From Lingula anatina (taxonomy: Eukaryota; Animalia; Brachiopoda), in contig CM120641.1 of the NCBI GenBank assembly GCA_051362555.1, forward strand, positions 24,992,401 to 25,056,400: a stretch of 64,000 nucleotides of DNA, written 5' to 3'. This document shows positions 40,186 to 51,691 of this stretch, piece by piece (position 1 is the stretch's first letter; every line of letters starts with the position of its first letter). The translations under genes were made by a program, and so were the position numbers. A model generated the notes under the pieces. The model was not told where the DNA came from. It did no database searches and saw only the letters and a list, made by a program, of their open reading frames with translations.

Positions 40186-40410
40186 GGGTGTATTCCCAGA
40201 GATTTAGATCGATCCAGGGATTAAGATTTAGATCGACCTAACTCCCAGGGGGTTCACGCTAAATTGCGGTCAGCCGAGTGCGCACCAAAGTTAATTACCC
40301 CCTTACAGCTTTCAGTAGGCGGGACAGACGCTTAAGCCGGCTAAGCTGACAGTAATCTAGTGAGACTCCCCACAGGGATAGATCGATCTAAAATCTATGG
40401 AAATGGGGTC
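40186..40410 (+). mobile_element. ~210-bp MITE family, copy 1 (copies at 46701-46909 + and 49468-49713 -)
   Basis: Shared core GGGGGTTCACGCT...CAGCCGAG...ACCCCCTTACAGCTT...TTAAGCCGGCTAA...TAGTGAGACTCCCCA, with TIRs containing TTCCCA.AGATTTAGAT.GATC. Confidence 0.75.
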
Positions 40411-40554
40411 ATAGTCATCAGGTGTCATGTAAACCTGTTGAAGTGTCTGGAGGTGTATAATGCCAGTTAGCATATATAGCAATTAGTTTGGAGGACAACT
40501 CACCAAAATTGATATATTTATTGAGAATGAAATGAAAAAACACACCCACCCACC

Positions 40555-40606
<52 letters not shown>

Positions 40607-40893
40607 TTGGTCTTCATTTTGTGGTATTATTGCTGACTTCATGGGTATCATAAATTGATATGACAACCAAAAGCTTAATATCTATGCCATAGGTTTTTAA
40701 GTTACTTATAAAAAGATAATGAAAGGTAATCAAGACCAACCCTGGGCCATTTTTCCCACTAGCTGGCCCCTATCCAGTGTAACACCTCCAGGTCCTGGTT
40801 TATTTAGCTCTCACTGGGTTTGCTGGTATAAATAGAAAAACATTGTAGATAGCCAAGATGTTGAAACATCTGAAATTTGACTGTATTTCAAAA

Positions 40894-43800
40894 TTATTGT
40901 ACCACCAGCGTAGGCGCTGACGGCACACATGGTTTTAGTCCCGACCCGTATGTTCCGCCGGCTCCGCCACCAAGTCACCGTTACCGCTTCTCCTCCTAGA
41001 CTACTAGGGCCTGCGTACCCATCTCTTGGATTTAGGTCACCTATAATCTCAACTCGTTCCACGTAAAATTTGGGCTTTGTCGGTATTGGGGTCTAGGTGT
41101 GGCACTCATTGCAATGCACCCTTGTCTAAAAATGGCAAAATTAAATGCTAATTATCTACCCTACGGAAGGAATTATGGGAAAATTTTCTACAGACGGCTT
41201 TCAAAAAGTCATATGTGTAGATTTCAAATATGCCCTTGGATTTGACCTTTGACCTTTATTTCAAGGTCAAACGGGCCAAAATTTTCAAAAAAAAAAATTT
41301 TTTTACGAAAAAAAATTATTTGCCCTGTTATTCAGACACCAGACAGACTTAACCAATAATATCATTGGAAAGTGTTACCCTTCAGGTCATCTTTCATCTC
41401 CGTGAATTTGGGGTCAATCGGTGCATTTTCACGGAAGTAGCGACCATAAGATACCGAAACTGAAAACTGTCTCTAATTCGGGAACCGTTAATGCTAGAGG
41501 CCCATTCTTTTTTGCATTTTGTAGAGCATGTAAAGCCCAACACTGGAGGTGGTCTCCGTTTTTTTTGTATTCCATACGGTTTTTGAGTTACGCTGTATCA
41601 AAAAGTACATATTGGTGGTGAAAGCAAAATGTGCAGTACGGTAATGGATAATAAATTTTGAACTCCGGAAAAATAAAACATAAGGCTTGGTGAGGCAGAC
41701 AACCTGTGGTCAAAAGTGACATTATTTCATCAAATTTGAACATCTTCAGAGCACCTCCCATTTCAAGAATTTTGACCAAAATGACCTTTTCTTTATTTTA
41801 ATTAATTTTTTCTGTGCAAAACTTATGGCACATTATTGTAACTCCAAAATTATAACATTTAGTCCCTTATATCTCCAAAACTGGCAGAGATAGGTCCATA
41901 GTTACTATTGAAGTTGAATAGGAAATTATATACTGGCAATCTAAATGTGACCTTGAAATTGACCTTTGACCTACTTTTCATCATGAATTAAACTTTGCAA
42001 ATTTTGGTTCCCTTTTATCTCCAAAACTGGCAGAGATGGGTCTATGGTTACTATTGAACTTGAATAGGAAGTCACATACTGGCAATCTGAATGTGACCTT
42101 GAAATTGACCTTTGACCTACTTTACACCTTAAACTGAACTTTGCAACTTTTTAATGCATTTATTTTCAAAACTGGCAGAGATACGCCCATAGTTACTATT
42201 GAATTTGAATAGAAAGTCATACGAGGCAATTTACTGTGACCTTTAAATTGACCTTTGACTTACTTTTAACCATGAACTGAACTTTGCAAATTTTGTTCAC
42301 TTTTATCTCCAAAACTAGCAGAGATAGGTCCATAGTTACTATTGAATTTGAATAGAAAGTCATACGAGGCAATTTACTGTGACCTTAAAATTGACCTTTG
42401 ACCTACTTTTAACCATGAACTGAACTTTGCAAATTTTGTTACCTTTTATCTCCAAAACTAGACGATATAGGTCCGTAGTTACTATTGAACTTGAATAGGA
42501 AGTCATATACTGGCAATCTAAATGTGACCTTGAAATTGACCTTTGACCTACTTTACACCATAGACTGAACTTTTTAATGCTTTTATTTTCAAAACTGGCA
42601 GAGATACGCCCATAGTTACTATTGAATTTGAATAGAAAGTCATACGAGGCAATCTAAGTGTGACCTTGAAATTGACCTTTGACCTACTTTTCATCATGAT
42701 ATGAAGTTTACAAATTTTGGTTCCCTTTTATCTCCAAAGCTGGCAGAGATGGGTCCATAGTTACCATTGAACTTGAATAGGAAGTCATATACTGGCAATC
42801 TAAATGTGACCTTGAAATTGACCTTTGACCTACTTTACACCATAAACTGAACTTTGCAACTTTTTAATGCTTTTATTTTCAAAACTGGCAGAGATACGCC
42901 CATAGTAACTATTGAATTTGAATAGAAAGTCATACGAGGCAATTTACTGTGACCTTAAAATTGACCTTTGACCTACGTACTTTTAACTATGAACTGAACT
43001 TTGCAAATTTTGTTCCCTTTTATCTCCAAAACTAGCAGAGATAGGTCAATAGTTACTATTGAACTTGAATAGGAAGTCATATACTGGCAATATAAATATG
43101 ACCTTAAAATTGACCTTTGACCTACTTTTCATCAGGAATTGAACTTTGCAAATTTCCGTTCCCTTTTATCTCCAAAACTGGCAGAGATAGGTCCACGGTA
43201 ACTATTGAACTTGAATATGAAGTCATTAGAGGCAACTTACTGTGACCTTAAAATTGACCTTTGACCTACTTTTAACCATGAACTTAACTTTGCAAATTTT
43301 GGTTCCCTTTTATTTCCAAAACTGACAAGATACGCCCATAGTTACTGTTGAATTTGAATAGAAAGTCATACGAGGCAATTTACTGTGACCTTAAAATTGA
43401 CCTTTGACCTACGTACTTTTAACTATGAACTGAACTTTGCAAATTTTGTTCCCTTTTATCTCCAAAACTAGCAGAGATAGGTCAATAGTTACTATTGAAC
43501 TTGAATAGGAAGTCATATACTGGCAATATAAATATGACCTTAAAATTGACCTTTGACCTACTTTTCATCAGGAATTGAACTTTGCAAATTTCCGTTCCCT
43601 TTTATCTCCAAAACTGGCAGAGATAGGTCCACGGTAACTATTGAACTTGAATATAAAGTCATTAGAGGCAACTTACTGTGACCTTAAAATTGACCTTTGA
43701 CCTACTTTTAACCATGAACTTAACTTTGCAAATTTTGGTTCCCTTTTATTTCCAAAACTGACAAGATACGCCCATAGTTACTGTTGAATTTGAATAGGAA

Positions 43801-44210
43801 GTCATATACTGGCAATCTAAGTGTGACCTTGAAATTTACGTTTGACCTACTTTTTATCATGAATTGAAGTTTACAAATTTTGGTTCCCTTTTGTCTCCAA
43901 AACTGGCAGAGATAGGTCCACAGTTGCTATTGAACTTGAATAGGAAGTCAAATACTGGAAATTTACTGTGACCTTGAAATTGACCTTTGACCTACCTTAC
44001 TATGAACTGAACTTTGATTGTACCATTTTTAGTTATATATTTTTTTTGCATATTTTGAGAATTCTTGTTGATTGCATTTTTTACAGCTTGTCAAGCACAA
44101 GACTGGTGGTGGTGTCCCTTTTTTGTGTGTGTGGGGATCTATACGATCGCGTTTACCCCAGCTGGTGGTACAATATTCGGAGGCGGTATCGCCTCTCTGA
44201 TCCTCTAGTT
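40894..44210 (+). mobile_element. HINE family C carrying a ~146-bp satellite array
   Basis: SubTIRs ATTGTACCACCAGC (40896-40909) and GCTGGTGGTACAAT (44161-44174), 3' hairpin GAGGCG-GTAT-CGCCTC, terminal CTAG (44205-44208) followed by TT. Confidence 0.85.
41860..44015 (+). repeat. Tandem array of ~146-bp units (~15 copies)
   Basis: Unit ATCTCCAAAACTGGCAGAGATAGGTCCATAGTTACTATTGAACTTGAATAGGAAGTCATA...GTGACCTTGAAATTGACCTTTGACCTAC. Confidence 0.92.
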
Positions 44211-44307
44211 ATTAATGGATTTTTTAATGTTAAATATATATATATATATAGCTTTTCTATTGATTTTTTTAGCCCATGTAATGAGTTGAGTTGAAACAAA
44301 ATTGAAG

Positions 44308-45838
44308 ATGGGTCTGAAATACTGCATAACTATATGGATTTCTTGCACTGCTATGCTGGGATGTTGTCAATCATCATCATCAGATTCAACATCTTTACCT
44401 GTAGCAGCATCTTCATCTAGTGGAGCAGTAGCAACTTCATCTATTGGAGCAGTAGCAACTTCATCTATTGGAGCATCAGCAGCTTCATCTGCAGCAGCAG
44501 CAGCTTCATCTAGTGGAGCATCAGCAGCTTCATCTGCAGCAGCAACATCTTCATCTGCAGCAGCTTCATCTGCAGCAGCAGCAGCTTCATCTGCAGCAGC
44601 TTCATCTGCAGCAGCAGCATCTTCATCTGCAGCAGCATCTTCATCTGCAGCAGCAGCAGCTTCATCTGCAGCAGCATCTTCATCTGCAGCAGCAGCAGCT
44701 TCATCTGCAGCAGCAACACCTTCATCTGCAGCAGCAGCAGCTTCATCTGCAGCAGCATCTTCATCTGCAGCAACAGCATCATCATCTGCAGCAGCAGCAG
44801 CTTCATCTGCAGCAGCATCTTCATCTGCAGCAGCAGCAGCTTCATCTGCAGCAGCAATATCTTCATCTGCAGCAGCAGCTTCATCTGCAGCAGCAGCAGC
44901 AGCTTCATCTGCAGCAGCATCTTCATCTGCAGCAGCAGCATCTTCATTTGCAGCAGCATCTTCATCTGCAGCAGCATCTTCATCTGCAGCAGCAAATTCA
45001 GCTGTTGCACCATCTTCATCTGACGTAGCAGCAACATCTTTATCTGCAGCAGCTTCATCTGCAGCAGCAGCTTCATCTGCAGCATCTTCATCTGTCAGCA
45101 ATATCAACAGCCAACAGTCAACAGTAGAGACAACATCATTCACAGTAGAGTCAACATCATCTGCAGAATCAACAATAACTACACTAGAGACAAAAACTAC
45201 AGAGTGGACAACATCAGCTGCAGAGGGGACAACAACTACAGATTGGGCATCATCAACTACAGAAGAAACAACTACTACAGGATCAACTACATCCACAATA
45301 ATGACAACTACAGATGGCGCAACATCAAATGCAGAGGAAACAACAACAGAATCACCTACATCTACATTAGAGACTACTACAGAATGGCCAACATCAACTG
45401 CAGAGGAGACTACAGCAACTACAGATTCATCTAAATCTACATTAGATACAACAACTACAGAATGGCCAACATCAACTGCAGAGGAGACAACATCAACTAC
45501 AGATTCATCTAAATCTACATTAGATACAACAACTACAGAATGGCCAACATCAACTGCAGAGCAGACAACTTCTGTGGAAACTACGTCTCCTATAGAGACT
45601 ACTACAGAAGGAACAACATCAACTACAGAGACATTAACTACAGTGTGGAGTACATCTACAATAGAGGCAACTACAGAAGGGCCAACATCAACTGCAGAAG
45701 AGACTACATCTACAATAGAGGCTACATCCTATGATCAGGCAACATTTACCGCAGAAACATCTTCCATTGTAGAAACAACAAATACAATTCCCACTGAAAT
45801 GCCAACAACCACCTCGTTTCCAGTTCATAGACCAGAAG
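44308..45838 (+). CDS. Coding exon 1: signal peptide, Ser/Ala low-complexity tract and Thr/Ser/Glu mucin-like region
   Basis: MGLKYCITIWISCTAMLGCCQS is a hydrophobic leader. SSAAAAA repeats are encoded by GCA/TCA/TCT. 26-aa (78-bp) repeats TTEWPTSTAEETT.TTDSSKSTLDT. Donor G|GTAGGC at 45838; acceptor ttttttttag| at 44272. Confidence 0.85.
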
Positions 45839-48800
45839 GTAGGCATGTAAAGATATTTATAAACGTTCACTCCTTTCTCATGGGTTTATTAGTCAGACCA
45901 AACTCTTTAAAGGTGGTTTGAGAATGTTGTTGTACCAGTACATGGTTCTTGAAATTACAAATTATGCGTGGTTACAATCCTTAACTCAGTGGTTCCCATT
46001 TGGGGATTTTCCTACAATATAAACTGAAATTCCGGAATTAAGTAAGCTCCTTTATATGATTTAAATTTTATAGAAGTATGCATTTTTGTCAAGTGAAAAG
46101 AGTTAAAAAAAACAATGTATTTTTTGTTAAAACAAAGGATTTTTGCCTATTCCCTGACATCAAATTGTAGTACTTACTGTTGTGATTATATAGGCATTCA
46201 AATGGTATTGATTGGCATTTGGGTGAGAGAGAGATATATTTAAAATAAGAAAAAAAACAAACAATTTAACACAAAATGCCGATGCTTCATTATTAGCTTG
46301 ATTAGAACAATTAAACTGATGTTATTCAGATAAGAATTTCATCCTATATTGGAGGTTAAATACTGGAAATATTGGAGGTAAAATCTCAATATTAGCTGTT
46401 GACTGAAGAAAAATATATCATTCTTCAAACTGATGTTTTTTTGATATGACAGTATTATCTCATTACCTGACTCTGTTTGTATTTACATTTACCTAAGTGG
46501 ATAAGGAAATGGACCCTTACATATTAATCTCCCTTAAAGTGGATAAAAATTCATAATTCAGTTTCATTTTATGGGTACTATTAGGGTTAGCCAAAAACTC
46601 TATGTATACTGGCTTACATACTTTTTTGGATAACAGATGAATCTTAAGTTTCACTGACTAAATTCCTGAACATGTATGTACACAAAATTAATGTCATCTA
46701 AGACTGGGTTCCCATAGATTTAGATTGATCTATCTGGATCAGTCTAACTCCCTGGGGGTTCACGCTGAATTGCTGTCAGCCGAGCAGTTAATAACCCCCT
46801 TACAGCTTTTAGTAGGTAGGACAGACATTTAAGCCGGCTAACCTGACTGCAATCTAGTGAGACTCCCCATGGGGATAGATTGATCTAAAAATCTGTGGGA
46901 ATGCAGTCTTACTGATGGCATCATAATTGCAATTTTGGGGTAAAAATTGAAAAATGAATTTCTCAAATTACTTAACCTGAGCACCCTCGAATACCATCTC
47001 AATCCCAATTTAATGAAACCATTAAGTAATTAAAAACCATGTCACTGGTTTTATTAAAAGCCTTAGGTCAGATTTTATTATTTAAAAAACAAAATAATGC
47101 CTTTGTTTAATAAAAGTTTGCAATTAGGGGAACATAACATAACATAACATAACATAACATAACATAACAATACTACAAGAGATTGAAGCCCAAACACAGA
47201 AACAACTGGCAGTATCTGTTGTGTTAGCAAGGGGAGATAAAAATGCCAAAATCTTATTTTGTGGGAGATTGTTATTGTTTCAATCAGCAAAATGTTCACA
47301 AAAAGCTCTTTTTATGCATTTTGATGATAAAACTTAAGGTTGCTGACAAGATATTTTAACCCTTTATAATCATCCAAATAAAACTGTGTTCATGGGTGCT
47401 CAGGTAAAGGAAATATTTGAGAAACTGATTTTCCATTTTTACTTCAAAATCGCAATTATGAAGTCACCAATACAATGGCATGTGTAAATGTTAATTAATT
47501 TAGTCACTGAACACTGAAGATATATCTGTTATCCAAAAGAAAGTAAGGCAGCAAGTGAGGAGTTTTTGGCACAGGGTAACAATATCCTCAAACATATTTC
47601 ATATTTTGAAGTGATAAAAAGTTGATATATAACATAATTTGAATTTTCAACTTAAAGATACAGTTTATTTGCTCGTCTTTTTGCAATTAAAGCTTGAGCC
47701 CAGTAATCATGATAGCAGCTGCACCAGATAAATCATCTTGTGTTGCTTCCCTTACAATAACATCTTATTGTTTTCAGGTAACCCCACTGCAGTAGCCATA
47801 AGCTGGAGCCAAGCTAACGTATCTTGGGTGCATGAGACATTCCCTGGGCAAGCTTGGGCATATGATGTGCATGCATATAGCTGTTGGGATGAATACCATT
47901 ATTATTATTATTATTGCAATTATCATGTGTTGTCCAGATATGGTATACAGGTAAACTTATTAAGCGTGCAATTATCAGGAAACAGCTTTATTAGTACCGC
48001 CAGAGTACATGTTTACTCCGTTTATTTGCACATGTGCATGCAGAGAGAATATCATCAGCTCTGTGGCTCATCTTTTGCGTAGGGTCCACCATATTTGATC
48101 CATGGATGTTCTGTTCTGAATGAGCCCTAAGTAATGTAGAGCACTTTATTTATGTGGGAACTTAAGGCCAGAAGTTGTAAGTCCAGTGTCCAAGGGATGA
48201 TGCTGTAGCGCCATTTTAGGGGGGAAAAATACCGTTTTTGGTTTTGGGATTTTCTCTACAACCAAGACAACTTTTCAAGTGATTCAAAAGGCATCATAAA
48301 GCTGGGTGAAAGTACCACAAAAGGATACCAGGGAATTGTCTTAAACTATTTCCTTTTGATTTTATAGTCTTTTACATTAAATTGCCCCATATTTCAATGG
48401 GTTATTCACTTCAAAGGACAATTACTTTAAAACAAACAATTTCTTCTAAAATTCCTGATATCCATCTGTAGTCCACATTCCCAACAACAATTAGTGCAAT
48501 TTTCATAATGTTTGGTTGCTCAGATATTGAGATATACTTGAAACCGATTCACTTATCTCATCAATCAAGAAAGCTGTTAAAACAGTCAAAAACGTTCGCA
48601 GGTTGGTTAACAGAGTTTATTAGTCAAATTCTTAGCTGATAGATAGAACAGATAGAACCATTGCTCATTGTTATCTAGAAATATTTTGTTTTGGTGCTTT
48701 GAAATGCCAGAAAATCGTGTTTTTGTAACATTTTCTGATCACACGTTAGATTTGTAAGTGTACTGCCATTTTGATTGTCAGCTCTGGACTGGTCCCTAGC

Positions 48801-51616
48801 CTAGTGATGCAAAGTAGGGTGTCAAGCATACTAATATGTAGTAGGAAGCACTAACAAAGGCGGTTACGTTTAACGGCAATTAAGAGTTGTGAAGTTGCAT
48901 TTGAACATTTCTATGGGCCTTCCTCAGCAATCGAGCAATTTTACCTGGAAGCTTCCTTCTCTGTTATAGGTAAAGTGTTCACATGAAATAGTTTGTATCT
49001 GAGAGAAAGTGGCTGTCACTCGTGTGACTCGAGTTTTTGACAGGTAATGCTGCATGATTGTTTTCACAGCTCTTTGTAATTGTATATGAAAGTTAAAATC
49101 TAGTAACAGATTTGCAAATTCGGCATTTTTTATTTTTACACACATCACACAAGTTACTTTTTACCCGGTTAGTCTTGACTATTCTCGTGGTCTTTTTGCA
49201 AGTTCCATCTTTTGCCTACATTTTGAACTCTTTCTTCTCGCTTGATGAGTGATTTTGAAATTAATTTTCTCCAAACATCACGAAATGCAATATCCCGCTA
49301 ACATGCATTTTTTAAAAAAAATCATGTAATCAACCCTTGCTTGAATTTCTCTCATTTAGCCATTCCCATCACAATTTTTTCACATGTCTCTCAAGCCCCT
49401 TAAAATATTCATGACTTGGAGAAGAAAACTTTTTTTGTCAACATGAGTTTTAATCAATAGATTCAATGGGACCATTCCCACAGATATTTGGATCAATCTA
49501 TCTCCCTGGGGAGTCTCACTAAATAGCTGTCAATTTGACCAGCTTAAATGTCTGTTACGCCTAGTAAAAATGTTAGGGGGTAATTATCTTTACCCCTAGC
49601 TGATTTGGTAGGCGTGACAGCATTAAAGCTTCTTGAGCTGGTAGCAATTTAGCTTGAACCCCCTGGGAGTTAGGTCGATCCAGATGATCTGTCTAAGTAT
49701 GGGAACCCAGTCTATGTTGCGTTTTACAGCTGACAAAACATGTTTTTGAAACGGCTTCGAACATTTCTGGTTTCGTGACTTGTCACAGGTACGCTCACCA
49801 ATATATATCGCAAAAATTAAGACCTAAAAGTATTGTTACCAATGCCTTTTTTTCTTTTTGTTATTGATTTTTCTTACAAACAAACTTTTCTCTTCCCCAT
49901 AGAGTACTCTACTTCTTCACTGCTCAGCTGTTGTAAGACTTATGACCTGTTACCACACACATAATTGGCTTATAACTCATTAACTTTGCTCTTCCCCCTC
50001 ATGGCAACAGCCGATAGCAACAGAGGTGTGGCTTAGTCATCAGTCTGACTAGGGTCTGCTGGTTGAAAAACTCATCAAAAACACATTTTGCAGTGCAAAC
50101 TCAAAAAACATTATAACATCGAATGTTAGATACTTTTTTGATTAAAATAAACATGCAAAAAACTCAAAAATGTGATTTAAAGGCAATTTAACCATCCTAC
50201 AGGCAATGCAATGTATGCATGTATTGTTAATAAGCCAGATGATCATTCTTGTCCTTTTAAGAAGTAGGTCTGGCGCCAAAGACAAGATAGGCTGACTGAC
50301 ACAACAAGAATGTTTGAATATGTTTTCAACAGACCCATTCAGCCAAAACTATGACAAAAATTGCATCTTGAAGAGAAAGAGTCCAAATTATTGTTCTATA
50401 ATCACCTCCGAAGATGGATAGGTTTAAAGCTGTAGAAAAAAATTCCATTGGAGACTGGTATGAGACCTTTAGTAGCTGTTACTCTCAGATTTTCTGTCAC
50501 TGGTGAAAAAATACCCTTGCACGGCCCTGTTTGGGAGTAAAAATTTAATATTTTATGTCCGACCTTTGGCTGACCATTGAGCATTCATTCTGCAATCAAA
50601 GTGATGCTAGTCCCTCCTTTCTGCGACTGTAGTGCATCCTCTCAGTGACCACGGCTATGCTTTTGTGTCTTCTCTGCATCCCTTGAGCAACCTTGTAATG
50701 ACCAACCACAATCCTGTTTTTTGTGCTATTGTTTTGAACACACGCAAAACTTTGTGGTGACCATGGTGTCCTCAGCAATGCATACATTCTGTATGCATTC
50801 TTTGAGTGTCTAACAGTGTCCCGGCCAGTTTCATGGTCGCACCATGGATGCAGAGAGGATGCCGTGCAGTGTAAAGGGGGTTTAAGGAGTTGCATTGTAT
50901 GGTTAGATATTTTTATTTGGTTCTTTTAAAGTGCAATTTTTTATTTTGTTAGTTATATAAGACAGTGTATTTAATATTTACTAGGAAAAGCGGGTTATCA
51001 TAGATGGATTGCTTCCCAGAAGATGCTATTATTTTTCCGTGTATAGTTACTTGCCTGGTCGAGGGTTTGGCACTAGGTACAGTAACAGTATCAAAATGCC
51101 TAGGCATAGTAAGTATTATATGTTTTTTTTTTTCAGATATGGCATGGCACCAAATAAATGAAAGTTCATGTTACAGTTGAAATATAATGAATTAAACTAT
51201 ATGATTATTCCAAAATGTTTCATAATTCTGCAGCCAATTACAAATTGGCATTGACAGTGATAAGAAAATAAAGAAAGAGTCAATGTTAGACTTTTGACTA
51301 AACTGAATTTTGCTAAAATATTTTATCACCTTGCATTTTGTCTAATATCAACCCATGATAGTAATTTTAAAATAACATCACACACAAATCTTTAAGGACT
51401 GTATTGATAGAATCAATCAATGTCAAATTGGCAATGAATTTTACTTACAGTACCAGAATCTCCTTTCAAGTTTGTCCCAGAGAAGCTTGATCTCAGTTTT
51501 CCTGAAAATACAAGCCTGGGTACAGGTGAGAATCTATGATTAATACCTTTACTTGTGACCCTTAAGTTTACTTGCAGGCTTCAAGTGCAAGTCAAATTCA
51601 ATACTTTGCATTGGTT

Positions 51617-51691
<75 letters not shown>

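Noticed and set aside
41860-44015. CRISPR-like regular repeats
   Set aside because: Whole ~146-bp units repeat with no unique spacers; eukaryotic context and no cas genes.
44367-45296. Long overlapping ORFs (309 aa -, 193 aa -, 186 aa + polyQ/L/H)
   Set aside because: By-products of the trinucleotide repeat. Only the frame starting at 44308 has a signal peptide and splices in phase to FN3.
48161-49403. Possible TTAA-flanked DNA transposon remnant
   Set aside because: No convincing TIR pair or second copy in the window.
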